The notes beneath the pieces are model-generated. The model saw only the letters and a program-made list of their open reading frames with translations. It was not told the origin of the DNA and did no database searches. This document shows, piece by piece, positions 18,047 through 28,241 of a DNA stretch of 64,000 bases. Both the position numbers and the translations under genes were made by a program. Each line of letters begins with the position of its first letter. The first letter of the stretch is position 1. The stretch spans positions 72,117 through 136,116 of the IMG/VR virus record IMGVR_UViG_3300032132_000754, one strand, 5' to 3'. Source of the stretch: a virus.

Positions 18047-19597
18047 ATGTCTGAATCAGTAATTGAAACCGCAGTCAACATCACTGAGCGCGAACGGAAG
18101 GAAGCTAATGTATCCTTCCCCGGAGCTACAGAGTTTGTTCATCTACATAACCATACGCTTTTCAGCCCATTAGATGGGATTGCAACGCCGGACGAATATT
18201 TCAGTGCTTGCGCTCACCTTGGCAATCCAGCATTTAGTATTACAGACCACGGTAGCTTGGCTAACATTCCAGATGCTTATTGGGCTGGGAAAAAGCATGG
18301 AGTAAAATTCATTCCTGGATGTGAGATTTACTTCTCCCCAGCGTATCCAGAGCTTAAAAGATTGCAACAAGACCCAGCGTTCAAATTGGGCGCTCTAAGA
18401 CCGGATTATACAAAAACCGCTTTTACTGTTGAAGACCTCGATAGTGAGGAGAAGTACTCCGATTTCCGCCGCCAACGACACTTGTCCGTTTTAGCCATGA
18501 ACATGGTTGGTTATCGGAATCTGATCCAAATGACTACTGAAGCGTGGGCTGACGGATTCTATTATAAACCGAGAATTTGGTTTGAAAAAATCGAAAAGTA
18601 TCACGAAGGTCTAATTATTCTCTCCGGATGTCTAAATGGTCCGATTTCTCATGCTCTACGGCGGGCGGAGTTTTGGAAAAAAGTAGAAAACAAAGAAACT
18701 ACACAAATCACTCGGCATTTTAGAAAACAAAAGATGACGATCGATCTAAACATCACACCAGGTGAAGCCGCTATTAGGCGAAAGAAAAGCCAAAAAGAAG
18801 CTATAGACTGGGTTATTAAATTTCGTAATTTGATGGGTGACCGTTATTATTTAGAACTACAAATGCCTGGAGACGAGATTCCGTTCGGTAAGGAAGCCTT
18901 TAGACAGACAGCGCTAATTTCTAAAAAACTTAAAGTCCCGGCTGTAGTAACAAACGATTGCCACTACTTAGAAAGACCAGATTTTAAAGTCCAAAAATGC
19001 ATGATGGCAATTGACCAAGGTTTGTCGATTAATGACCCAAACTTATTTCATGTAAACTCGGACGAACAATTCTTCAAGAGCAGGGCTCAACTTAGAAAAA
19101 CTTATTTCGACGGTGGTTATAACAATTTTCAAGAACCACACTTATTTGAAGAAGCTTGTGATAACACTGTAGCTCTTGCGGAGCGTTGCTCTGGATTCAA
19201 GCCAGATCTCAACCCCAAATTGCCATCAGTCCCAGACGCCAATAACAAAATCCGCAAATTGGTTTATGACTCCCTTAAGAAGAGAGGGTTGTGGGACAAT
19301 CAAGATAAATTCGTTGTCGACGGTAAGTCAGTAACATATAAACAACAGGCTGATATTGAATTAGAACGTTATACCGAAAAAGGGTTCGCTTCTTATTTCT
19401 TAATCATTAGGGATTTGATTGCTCATTCTAAAAGTCAGGGATGGGATATTGGGCCTGGTCGAGGAAGCGCTGGAGGGTCTCTGGTGTGTTTCTTGCTTGA
19501 TATTCACTCGATCGACCCATTAGCGTGGGGTTTAAGTTCGGTAAGATTTATGGGCGACAGTCGCGGTGGACGATTACTAAATATCAAAATGGAGTAA
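18047..19597 (+). CDS. dnaE: DNA polymerase III alpha (DnaE), N-terminal part (PHP domain + first palm segment)
   Basis: FVHLHNHT..SPLDG, ITDHG, GCE, GFYYKPRI, LSGCLNG, TNDCHY, GFASYFLII.D, GPGRGSAGGSLVCFLL.I..IDPL..GL...RF. It ends before PDID. Confidence 0.92.
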   Translation: MSESVIETAVNITERERKEANVSFPGATEFVHLHNHTLFSPLDGIATPDEYFSACAHLGNPAFSITDHGSLANIPDAYWAGKKHGVKFIPGCEIYFSPAYPELKRLQQDPAFKLGALRPDYTKTAFTVEDLDSEEKYSDFRRQRHLSVLAMNMVGYRNLIQMTTEAWADGFYYKPRIWFEKIEKYHEGLIILSGCLNGPISHALRRAEFWKKVENKETTQITRHFRKQKMTIDLNITPGEAAIRRKKSQKEAIDWVIKFRNLMGDRYYLELQMPGDEIPFGKEAFRQTALISKKLKVPAVVTNDCHYLERPDFKVQKCMMAIDQGLSINDPNLFHVNSDEQFFKSRAQLRKTYFDGGYNNFQEPHLFEEACDNTVALAERCSGFKPDLNPKLPSVPDANNKIRKLVYDSLKKRGLWDNQDKFVVDGKSVTYKQQADIELERYTEKGFASYFLIIRDLIAHSKSQGWDIGPGRGSAGGSLVCFLLDIHSIDPLAWGLSSVRFMGDSRGGRLLNIKME

Positions 19598-20127
19598 TGA
19601 TGAGTATTGAATGTAGATTCTGTGGTAATAAGGTTCATGATAGTAACTGCCCAAAGGCGTTTAGTGCCAAAGACATAAAAGTTGTCACTACTGCAGAAAA
19701 AGTAACTGCTTTATTGGATCTGGTTAAAGAAGCTTTTCATTCTTATCAGATGTATTTGCAGCTTTCCGGCGTACTGTCTACGCCAGGCGCTAAATTAGCG
19801 TTATTAAAATGGCCAGATATTGCTCAGACAGCAGTGTTTTGTATTTCTAGTCCGACCATAGACAAACTGGCTATTTTAGAACAAGATTTATGTATTGCGA
19901 TCATTGCTCCTATTGAAAACATGTATGATTCAATGGTCGAACGTTTAGAGCAGTTGACTGGCAAGAAACCCGCTGGCGTCGAAGATTTTGGCAAACTAAT
20001 CGTAAATAAGGCGTTTAAAGATCCATGTGGTCTAAAAGGGGAAATGATTTCAGAGCTTAACAAGATGTTTGTTACTTTACAAACAATCACTGGAATCGAA
20101 TATCCCGAGATTAAAGGAAGAATATAA
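19597..20127 (+). CDS. hypothetical protein with N-terminal CxxC-H-C knuckle
   Basis: MMSIECRFCGNKVHDSNC; TAATG overlap with dnaE-N. Confidence 0.6.
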   Translation: MMSIECRFCGNKVHDSNCPKAFSAKDIKVVTTAEKVTALLDLVKEAFHSYQMYLQLSGVLSTPGAKLALLKWPDIAQTAVFCISSPTIDKLAILEQDLCIAIIAPIENMYDSMVERLEQLTGKKPAGVEDFGKLIVNKAFKDPCGLKGEMISELNKMFVTLQTITGIEYPEIKGRI

Positions 20128-20501
20128 TGGACGCTACAATTGTTGGATACGCACCTGTTGGTAAAACCGCTGCTTTCGCCGTCGACATCGATGGAAAACA
20201 CCAGAGGGTTGTTCCCCTAAACACTAAATCTAAACATCAGGCCGAATTAGCTGGCATTAAATATGTCTTCCAAGCCATTGTTGATAAGAATGTCGATCTT
20301 AACTTAAAGGTTACTGTCGCCCATATTCCAGGAATGTTTAAAAAAGATGAGGCTGGCCTCTTCTCTAAGAGGAAGAAGCCCAATAAGCTTGTGGATGAGG
20401 TGCGCGGTTTAAGCACTCAGTTTGCTTCTTTCTCGATCGAGAAAGCTTCTGCTGAGTCGATTGGTGTGCTTAAAGAAAAAGCTAAATCTGCCTGTATTTA
20501 A
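20127..20501 (+). CDS. degenerate RNase HI-fold protein
   Basis: SKHQAELAGI resembles TNNxAELxA, and LVDEVRGL..QF..FSIE resembles the RNase HI C-terminus. Catalytic Asp residues are not evident. Confidence 0.45.
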   Translation: MDATIVGYAPVGKTAAFAVDIDGKHQRVVPLNTKSKHQAELAGIKYVFQAIVDKNVDLNLKVTVAHIPGMFKKDEAGLFSKRKKPNKLVDEVRGLSTQFASFSIEKASAESIGVLKEKAKSACI

Positions 20502-20506
20502 GTGGT

Positions 20507-22975
20507 ATGGCTGTTAAAACATGGGCTGACCTCGCCAGAAAAGCGATTATTAGCTGTGCACAGAAAAAACTGGGCACAGAATATAAAGATCGACTAAAGC
20601 GAGAAATAAAAGAAATCACCAAACAAGGTGCTAACAATTATTGGGTTAGGCTCTACAACACCGGCCAAAAATTTGAGCACAACAAAAATGGTTTAGTTTT
20701 CCCTTATCTATTAGACATGACACCAGTAGACCCGGTCGAATCGGAAATCGCTCACATTACGCGATTGGATCCAGAATTCCCGGACATCGATATTGACCTA
20801 CTGCCGATCTCTAGAGATCCTATTAAAGCGTTCGCTGAAAAGAAGTACGGCACCGAACACGTTTGTAACGTAGGGTTGTGGCTTACTTATAAGGCTAGAT
20901 TAGCCATCCAAGATTCAGCGACAGTTCTTGGACATAACCGACACGAAGCGATCGCAGCCCTTAAAGATCTCCCGGCAGAATTCGACGACATGTCGTTCAA
21001 TGATGCTTACGATGAGTTCGAATCATTTAAAAAGTATTCAGATGATTATCCAGAGGTAGTCCACTTAGCTTATCGAATGAAAGGGAAAATTAAATCTCAA
21101 GGGAAGCACGCTGGTGGGCTAATTATCTCATCAGTTCCAATTAGAGACTTCGTCCCATTAACATTCATTGGAGCCAAAGGCAACAAGCAATGGACTTCGG
21201 CATGGACCGAAGGGATGGCTGCGTCTCAGTTGTCTAAGTTCGGGCTGGTAAAATTCGACTTACTTGGCCTACTAAACTTGGCCTATATTTATGACGCCAA
21301 AAAACTAATTGAAAAATCTAAAGGGATTAAAATTGATTTCGACGAAATCAATCCCCTGAAAGACTTGGCTGGCTGGATGACTCATTCAGATGGAAAAGTC
21401 GAGAAAATTCTTCTAAACGATCCTAAAGCTCTAAAACGAGCTAACGATGTAAAATTGGAATCAATTTTCCAATTCGATACTGACCTGCAAAAGAGCATTC
21501 TAGAAAAGGGCGGCACAAAGTCGTTCATGGATCTAGTCATTTATAACAGTCTTGGGCGTCCTGGGCCTTTGCCAATGGTCGATGTCTACATTAGCAATCG
21601 AGATAAAGACAATTCTTGGAAAAAACGCTTACACCCTAAGATGTTTGATATCTTGGAAGAGACAAAAGGCGTACTGACGTTCCAAGAACAGCTTCTGCGA
21701 ATTTGGGTCGAAGTGTGTGGATTCACCATGCCTGAGGCCGAAGCCGCCCAGAAAGCTGTCAAGAAAAAGAGAATGGAGATTCTAGACGAAATCGGTCCCC
21801 GAGTCATCGAAGGTGCCACAATTCTATTAGGGAAAGACGTAGCAGAAGAATTGTGGAGTAACATGGTGTCTTTTGGTCGTTACTGTTTCAATAAGAGCCA
21901 CGCCGTCGGATACACCTTAATCGCTTATCGGTGCTTGTGGCTTAAGACCCACTTTCCCGCTGAATGGTGGGCAGCAGTATTATCTAAGTGTCCCAACCAC
22001 AAGACTTTACAGTTCATGGGAGCTGCCAGAGCCGAAGGTATCAAATTTGGCTCTATTAACGTCAACCATCCGACAGCAGAATTCTCGGTAGAGGATGATA
22101 GGGTTATTCCTGGAATTCTTAGTGTTAAAGGAATCGGGAAGAAATTTGGTAAAAAGCTTGTAGACGAAGCTAAAAATGGCAAATTCAACAACTTTGATGA
22201 ATTCGTGGAGCGTGTTGGCAAAGACAAGACTGCAATCGAAAGATTGATCAAATTAGGTGGTTTCGATTCTTTCTATACAAATCGCAAGGCTCTTTGGATG
22301 TGGTATTATTACAAATATTGCAGTGGGTCCGACGTCACTAAGACTAAACGCCTCATCAATTTCTGTTATACTTGGCCTTCGGATATGATCCACGACGAAC
22401 GACGTCGACAGGCTAAAGAATACATGCTGGCATATCCGAAACGCAAGAAGATACCCCAGAAAATTACAAAGTGGGAACCATCGGCGCGTATAGATATTCC
22501 ACGCCCATTTAATTCGGAAATGCAGCTCGCAAAAGAGCAAATAAGATTGGCTAATAGGCTCGATCTAGATATCGACAATGTAATTGCATTATTTCCGAAA
22601 GATTTCACGCTATCCGAAATTCTAGATTTCGAAAAAGAATATTTGGGTTACTATTGGCACTCCCCAGTCGACGTCTTTGAGCATGAAGACGGATGTAAAA
22701 TCGAGGATGCTAAGAAAACTGGTATTCTAGAGTGTGTAATTGAAGACGTACAAAAACGGAAAGGCACAAGAGGGGAGTATTTGATCCTCAGTGTCACCGA
22801 CGGAATTAATTATGCTCGCATCAACGTCTGGACCGACGAGATGAATTTCAATGATGAAGAAGTCTTTGAATCAGGTGTCGGAGCAAGAATGAACGTGCGT
22901 TGGCAAGAACGTTGGAGAAGTTTTAGTCTTAAAAGGCGGTCATTCATTGTGCCGCTAATGCTCAAGGAAGATTAA
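20507..22975 (+). CDS. dnaE: DNA polymerase III alpha (DnaE), C-terminal catalytic part
   Basis: FPDIDID, GKHAGGLII, KFDLLGL, IFQF, FQEQ, YCFNKSHAVGY, HhH SVKGIG, EKEYLGYY, C-terminal OB fold. Confidence 0.93.
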   Translation: MAVKTWADLARKAIISCAQKKLGTEYKDRLKREIKEITKQGANNYWVRLYNTGQKFEHNKNGLVFPYLLDMTPVDPVESEIAHITRLDPEFPDIDIDLLPISRDPIKAFAEKKYGTEHVCNVGLWLTYKARLAIQDSATVLGHNRHEAIAALKDLPAEFDDMSFNDAYDEFESFKKYSDDYPEVVHLAYRMKGKIKSQGKHAGGLIISSVPIRDFVPLTFIGAKGNKQWTSAWTEGMAASQLSKFGLVKFDLLGLLNLAYIYDAKKLIEKSKGIKIDFDEINPLKDLAGWMTHSDGKVEKILLNDPKALKRANDVKLESIFQFDTDLQKSILEKGGTKSFMDLVIYNSLGRPGPLPMVDVYISNRDKDNSWKKRLHPKMFDILEETKGVLTFQEQLLRIWVEVCGFTMPEAEAAQKAVKKKRMEILDEIGPRVIEGATILLGKDVAEELWSNMVSFGRYCFNKSHAVGYTLIAYRCLWLKTHFPAEWWAAVLSKCPNHKTLQFMGAARAEGIKFGSINVNHPTAEFSVEDDRVIPGILSVKGIGKKFGKKLVDEAKNGKFNNFDEFVERVGKDKTAIERLIKLGGFDSFYTNRKALWMWYYYKYCSGSDVTKTKRLINFCYTWPSDMIHDERRRQAKEYMLAYPKRKKIPQKITKWEPSARIDIPRPFNSEMQLAKEQIRLANRLDLDIDNVIALFPKDFTLSEILDFEKEYLGYYWHSPVDVFEHEDGCKIEDAKKTGILECVIEDVQKRKGTRGEYLILSVTDGINYARINVWTDEMNFNDEEVFESGVGARMNVRWQERWRSFSLKRRSFIVPLMLKED

Positions 22976-23484
22976 TGGATTACAGATCTTGGCGTCTTAA
23001 AGGTGGAGCACCTATCCTCCCGGCTTGGGAGTTGGTGAATCAAGTTCCACAAACCAATTATATTGTTTGTACATCGGGTGGTTATGACCCAATTCATCCG
23101 GGGCATATTTCTTGTATGCTTCAGTCCAAATACTTTAACCCTATCTTAGCTGTTATTGTAAATGGCGATGCTTTCTTAAAATCCAAAAAGGGAAAAGCAT
23201 TCCAAGATTTGAAGACTAGGTGTCAAATTGTTTCTACGATCCGGGGCGTCGATTTTGTTATCCCGTATGAGACTAGCAATGATATGACTGTATGCGGGGC
23301 GCTTGACATTATCCGTCCAGGAGTTTTCACTAAAGGTGGAGATCGCGTCGATATTGACACTATTCCTGAATGGAATGTTTGTAAAAAGAACAAAACCCGT
23401 ATTGTAACGGGAGTTGGTCTTCCAAAGGATTGGAGCAGTTCCGATTTCTTAAAAGATTGGGCAAAACACAGCCGAAGGAGGTAA
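22975..23484 (+). CDS. HIGH-family cytidylyl/adenylyltransferase (RfaE-II/TagD-like)
   Basis: SGGYDPIHPGH, VNGDAFL..KKG, GVDFV, FTKGGDR, WSSS. Confidence 0.85.
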   Translation: MDYRSWRLKGGAPILPAWELVNQVPQTNYIVCTSGGYDPIHPGHISCMLQSKYFNPILAVIVNGDAFLKSKKGKAFQDLKTRCQIVSTIRGVDFVIPYETSNDMTVCGALDIIRPGVFTKGGDRVDIDTIPEWNVCKKNKTRIVTGVGLPKDWSSSDFLKDWAKHSRRR

Positions 23485-23499
23485 ATACTCTGAGGCTCT

Positions 23500-23946
23500 A
23501 TGTTGCTACCTGATAAAGATGGAATTGCCTGCGATTTTTGCGGTACATCATACAAAAACGATTTTAATTATTATTCTACAAAGGCCAGCAAATACCAAGT
23601 CGGCAAGCGTAATGGACAAATCGTCAAGTCCCCACCACAATCTGTCAGTTTTAACAACGATATGTGTGATGGATGTTATGATGAGCTTATCGACCAAGTA
23701 AAAGCCAACCTTGGCGACATTAAGAAAGGTTGCATTAAGTGCGACCTTTCTAAAACCTATAAATCTAATAATTTCGAGTATTACCTAGTAATTTTCGATC
23801 GAATAACAGTAGATCCAAAAGCGATCGACCATGTTTCGGTTGACCACGGTGTTATGGACCTAAATATCATCGTAGGTTTTGATAAGTTACTCGATAAACT
23901 GGAAGTAACTAAAAAGAAGATTCAAGATCAAGGTGTATGGACATGA
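23500..23946 (+). CDS. hypothetical Cys-rich protein
   Basis: CDFC...CDGC...CIKC; GAGG SD. Confidence 0.6.
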   Translation: MLLPDKDGIACDFCGTSYKNDFNYYSTKASKYQVGKRNGQIVKSPPQSVSFNNDMCDGCYDELIDQVKANLGDIKKGCIKCDLSKTYKSNNFEYYLVIFDRITVDPKAIDHVSVDHGVMDLNIIVGFDKLLDKLEVTKKKIQDQGVWT

Positions 23947-24404
23947 CCCAATGTTATCAATTAATCGATGTCGTTTGTAAAGGCCAACAACTACAAGCAC
24001 GACCAGTAGAATGGGACCGCGAGGACTACACTGGCTTCGGCAAGGACCGCAAAGGCACTGAGGTTAAAGCTGTGGGTTTCCACACTACTTGCCCTAACTG
24101 CGGCAATTTGATTGCCTTTAAATCTACCGAACTATATGTTGGTAAAAACAAATCAGAAAATAACGTGAAATGTGGACAATGCCACTATGGAACCGACAAA
24201 CAAGACGTCGTAAAAGAAGACAAGTCGGTTGTGCACAAAATCGCTAAATTAAAAGTGGAAGTCGTCGAACCCACCATCGAGCCTGTCGTAGCTGCTTTTA
24301 GAGATCCTATCGCAGACGGCTTATTCGATGAAGATGTAAATTTTGAACTCCTAAAGGAGTTAGACACAGCTCAGGGCCAACGTGACCATGGAATCGTTAG
24401 CTGA
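23937..24404 (+). CDS. hypothetical zinc-ribbon protein
   Basis: CPNCG...CGQC. Confidence 0.6.
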   Translation: MDMTQCYQLIDVVCKGQQLQARPVEWDREDYTGFGKDRKGTEVKAVGFHTTCPNCGNLIAFKSTELYVGKNKSENNVKCGQCHYGTDKQDVVKEDKSVVHKIAKLKVEVVEPTIEPVVAAFRDPIADGLFDEDVNFELLKELDTAQGQRDHGIVS

Positions 24405-24804
24405 AACGAGCCAGGCGATAGACTGTTGTTTTGGAACGTCGTTTCTTATCAAGAGTCCATTTATCTTCTGTGCGAAGGAATTTTCTAACTTGCATGGATA
24501 CTTTGTTAACATTTTGGGGCGTAAGTTCAATGCCGATAACTTCTAATAATTCGATACCAGTAACCCACCTGTCTGGGACACCAAACTGTTCTTCTAAAAA
24601 TCTAACGATTTGGGCAGTTCTGATGTCTCTGGCTTCGGCGGCTTGTTTGCGTTTATTAGTTTTCTGTAATTTCATCGCGTTTTCCTGGATTACTTTTTTG
24701 GTGTGTTCTAGCAATTCTGTGTTGATTGAATCGGTACAGTTTTTAATTTCTTCAGCGAGGTCAATGCCAAGCTCGATATCGATGATTTCGACTTTTTTAC
24801 CCAT
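24397..24804 (-). CDS. hypothetical protein, possible C-terminal winged helix
   Basis: Basic C-terminus (KKRRSKTTVYRL). A minus-strand GTATTTAA at 24864-24871 could drive it. Confidence 0.55.
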   Translation of the reverse strand: MGKKVEIIDIELGIDLAEEIKNCTDSINTELLEHTKKVIQENAMKLQKTNKRKQAAEARDIRTAQIVRFLEEQFGVPDRWVTGIELLEVIGIELTPQNVNKVSMQVRKFLRTEDKWTLDKKRRSKTTVYRLARFS

Positions 24805-24815
24805 GAGAGTTTCCA

Positions 24816-25676
24816 ATGCGTGATTTGAGCCATAAGTGCATTTTTAATGGCACTACTGAAAATTTAAATACTATCATGACGATCACCTATGAAGGTGAAA
24901 AGTACAAAATCGCTGTATGTGAAGAATGTGAAGATGATGCGTCTCCTGGCGCGATTAAAAAACTCATCCCAGACGCTTTGGCCGAAATCGATGCCGAAGA
25001 AGCAGATAAATTAAAAAAACTAGCACAATTACAAGCTTTAGCTAAAGAGTTAGGCGTTTCTATCGGGCCCGCCACGGCTGGCGGTTTAACAATGGCCACA
25101 TCTCTTGAATCCACTAAAACACCGGAAGTAGCACATCAACCTGCACGGCAATCAGCTCCTCCGGATCCCAATGCTTTGGATGACAAACCGACTGTTAACG
25201 TAGCCGGAAATCAATTCAAAATGCAGAAAAACACCAGACAAGGTGCCCATGGGATTGGATTGTCGGCGGAGGAGACAAAGGCAGCCTTAGAGGCTGCCAA
25301 AAGGCGGTCTGAATATCAAAAAGATGGGCCATCGGCGGGGGCTGAAGGAGCCAGGGTTCCTGCCTACAACCTACCGTCCCAAGCGTCAGACAAACAAGGG
25401 AACGTTTTGGATAGACCTGTCACTTTTGCTAAGCAGATGCAAACAATCAAAGGCCGCCAAGGCGTACCAGTCACTCTTCCACGACGTATTTCAGGATCTC
25501 ATGGAGAAACTATTATAACGATTAACCAAGATGTTGACGACAAAATGCTTAAAGAGCGCGGTCGTTCACTTGGGCAGATGGCTGACCGAGTTGCCGGTTG
25601 CCGTCCATGTCGTGGCGCTGGTGTGGTGAATAGGAAAAATTGCATTCACTGCAACGGTAAAGGAATTACCTTTTAG
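24816..25676 (+). CDS. hypothetical protein with N-terminal Cys motif and C-terminal DnaJ-type CxxCxGxG finger
   Basis: CRPCRGAG...CIHCNGKG. Confidence 0.7.
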   Translation: MRDLSHKCIFNGTTENLNTIMTITYEGEKYKIAVCEECEDDASPGAIKKLIPDALAEIDAEEADKLKKLAQLQALAKELGVSIGPATAGGLTMATSLESTKTPEVAHQPARQSAPPDPNALDDKPTVNVAGNQFKMQKNTRQGAHGIGLSAEETKAALEAAKRRSEYQKDGPSAGAEGARVPAYNLPSQASDKQGNVLDRPVTFAKQMQTIKGRQGVPVTLPRRISGSHGETIITINQDVDDKMLKERGRSLGQMADRVAGCRPCRGAGVVNRKNCIHCNGKGITF

Positions 25677-26149
25677 GGATTTCTACCGCCAGGATACCGA
25701 TTTCCGAAGCTAGTCCAAGTTTGTCTGCCAGGCGTTTCTGATGGGCCCTGCATACGTTGCGGTTTATGCTTTTCATCATTCTTGGAGATTTCTGCGTCAT
25801 CTCCTACAAGTGGTTCGACAAGACCGCGATCGAAAGGTTGGCCAAGATTTTTTAAACCAGTCGGATCTTCCATTTCCTCTGGTTTACCAGCTTTATTCGG
25901 TTCAGCGCGGATTCCTTTGGCCTGCGGTCTGCCTACTTTATCAGCTCTTGTGCCATGTGGGTTATCTGACTGCCCCATGAGTTTGCGGTGCTGCGGATTA
26001 GTTAATGGAGTTTCTAAATTTCCAGAGCGCTGTGGAAATTGCTTAGAGTGGTCGGCTTTAGTCGCACCAGACTTTTTAATCTCGCGCTGATCAGGTTTTG
26101 GAAGAAGGTTTAATTCTAACAGCAACCGTTGTTGAGGAGCTGTCCACAT
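25673..26149 (-). CDS. hypothetical low-complexity (P/K/G/Q-rich) protein
   Basis: 158-aa ORF following 26153..26707. Confidence 0.55.
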   Translation of the reverse strand: MWTAPQQRLLLELNLLPKPDQREIKKSGATKADHSKQFPQRSGNLETPLTNPQHRKLMGQSDNPHGTRADKVGRPQAKGIRAEPNKAGKPEEMEDPTGLKNLGQPFDRGLVEPLVGDDAEISKNDEKHKPQRMQGPSETPGRQTWTSFGNRYPGGRNP

Positions 26150-26152
26150 CGA

Positions 26153-26707
26153 TTAAAATCCTTCTAAGGAACCTTTGTCGTACTTGTCATTTTCTGGATA
26201 CATGCCGCCACCAGAATGAGGCATATCAGCACTGGGTTTGCGATTATCGGCGTTAGACGTAAGATCTACTAACGATTCTAAATCGGAGTTCCATCCAGAG
26301 TCTAGCTCTCCAGGGGATTTCGACAAATCGGCAATTAAAGAATCTACGTGCTGTAAAGCACCATTCAATTCTTCTGTAGGCACAGCGCGTGCATGCAATT
26401 CGCGTTCGAAAGAGAGTTTAAACGTTGGATTGTCTAGGTACTTGTACGTGTGAGTTTGGAAGAAGGCCGAAGTAATTGCATCTTCATGCGCCGAACCTGC
26501 AACTTTAAGTTTAAAGTTGTCGTCAATGCCTTCCCAGCGAAATTGGGATGTATGTGATGATTCATCAACATCATGTTGAACATCATCAAGCATCTTTTGC
26601 AGGGTAGTGCTTTCTTCGGGTATGATGCTTTCCTTCAAAGTGTGGCGGAAAGCTGTTACAATCTTCTTCTCCAGATCTGCTAGCTTATTCTGGGAAGTGT
26701 TTGACAT
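26153..26707 (-). CDS. hypothetical protein
   Basis: 184 aa; GGAG SD and TCAAAACTAT motif upstream. Confidence 0.65.
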   Translation of the reverse strand: MSNTSQNKLADLEKKIVTAFRHTLKESIIPEESTTLQKMLDDVQHDVDESSHTSQFRWEGIDDNFKLKVAGSAHEDAITSAFFQTHTYKYLDNPTFKLSFERELHARAVPTEELNGALQHVDSLIADLSKSPGELDSGWNSDLESLVDLTSNADNRKPSADMPHSGGGMYPENDKYDKGSLEGF

Positions 26708-26787
26708 TGTTTGACTCCATAAACTTTCAATATAGTTTTGATTGTGGTTCTATTTTCAAAGGGTTAGCTAAGTATTTTAATTTATAT

Positions 26788-27219
26788 ATGCTTAAGCAAT
26801 TTGATATCATCCAAATTATAACTACCAAGCGAATAAGGTATCTTTCCGCTCCGCCAGGGTCGGCATCTAGCCCTCAAGGTGATTGGAATGTAATTGGAAT
26901 GATAGGGCCAGAAGTCGTAGCAGCCAAAGACAGTACTCTAGTTAGAGTCCCACTACAAGATGTTCGAAAAGTTGGTAGTTATAACCTGCCAGAATTTCTA
27001 AAAGAGTTGTATGATGCTGGATATAAAACATCTCAATCATATAGCATGGCGGAGTCTATTTCCCAATTGTTAGAGATAGATATAGCAGAGGCTCGTCGAT
27101 TTCTCGTTGACCATACTCTGAAAACAACAGTCAAAACAACCTCAGAACGAGACCAAATAATTAGAAAGGCACTAGAATTGTGGCAAAAAAACCAGCAAAA
27201 GCAAAAAAACCAGAAGTAG
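26788..27219 (+). CDS. hypothetical protein
   Basis: Start MLKQF placed after GTATTTTA at 26772. Confidence 0.6.
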   Translation: MLKQFDIIQIITTKRIRYLSAPPGSASSPQGDWNVIGMIGPEVVAAKDSTLVRVPLQDVRKVGSYNLPEFLKELYDAGYKTSQSYSMAESISQLLEIDIAEARRFLVDHTLKTTVKTTSERDQIIRKALELWQKNQQKQKNQK

Positions 27220-28241
27220 AGGGTTTGTCAGTAGACGAGCTAATGAACGTACTAAACCAGAAACACGGAGCAGGATCCGTGCGAATGGGAGAAACCGCCG
27301 AAAAGATTGATGCTATTTCAACTGGGGCGCTTACGTTAGACCTAGCTATCGGAGTTGGTGGCATCCCTCGTGGGCGTATCACAGAAATTTACGGGCCAGA
27401 ATCATCAGGTAAGACCACTCTTACTTTACAAGTAGCGGCCAATGCGCAAAAAGCAGGTGGTAGAGTCGCCTTTATTGATGTAGAACACGCTCTAGATCCA
27501 ACCTACGCCGCACAAATTGGCGTCAATATGGATACAATTCTAATTAGTCAACCGGATTCAGGCGAGCAAGCCTTGGACATTGTAGAAACATTGTGTGAAT
27601 CTGGGCAATTCGCTTTAGTAATCGTAGACTCAGTGGCTGCGTTAGTTCCTAAGGCTGAGCTTGAAGGAAATATGGGAGACCACCACGTTGGTGCTCAAGC
27701 CAGATTACTATCGCAAGGTTGCAGAAAACTCAAAGGAATTGTAAACACATCAAAAACGGCTCTGATTTTTATTAATCAATTGCGTGAAAAAATTGGTGTA
27801 ATGTTTGGTAATCCAGAAACGACAAGTGGTGGACGGGCATTGAAGTTCTATTCATCAGTTAGGATTGATATCCGCAGAGTAGCGACCATTAAAAAAGAAG
27901 AGTCTGGCGGGCTTGGAAACCACGTTCGCACCAAGATTGTTAAAAACAAGGTAGCTCCTCCGTTCCGTCAGGCCGAATTTGATATCATCTTTGGGAAGGG
28001 CATTAGTCGTGCAGGTTGCATCTTGGATAAGGGAGTAGAAGACAAATTGATTGGTAAAAACGGAAGTCACTTTACTTACAATAATATAAAACTTGGAAAC
28101 GGTCGCGTTAATGCGGTTGCTACGTTAGAGGCCAATCCAGAGATGATGGAAGAAATCGAAAACAAGGTGTTGAACAAAGACGTCTTATTCGATAGTAAAG
28201 AAGCAGAACTTGAGGAGGAAAATAAATTTAAGGACGAGTAA
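27180..28241 (+). CDS. recA: RecA recombinase
   Basis: [76 protein letters not shown]. Confidence 0.97.
   Translation: MAKKPAKAKKPEVEGLSVDELMNVLNQKHGAGSVRMGETAEKIDAISTGALTLDLAIGVGGIPRGRITEIYGPESSGKTTLTLQVAANAQKAGGRVAFIDVEHALDPTYAAQIGVNMDTILISQPDSGEQALDIVETLCESGQFALVIVDSVAALVPKAELEGNMGDHHVGAQARLLSQGCRKLKGIVNTSKTALIFINQLREKIGVMFGNPETTSGGRALKFYSSVRIDIRRVATIKKEESGGLGNHVRTKIVKNKVAPPFRQAEFDIIFGKGISRAGCILDKGVEDKLIGKNGSHFTYNNIKLGNGRVNAVATLEANPEMMEEIENKVLNKDVLFDSKEAELEEENKFKDE

Noticed and set aside
19500-20800. Split intein or intron joining the dnaE halves
   Set aside because: There are no intein terminal motifs or intron-like core. The intervening DNA holds two ordinary ORFs and dnaE-C has its own promoter motif.
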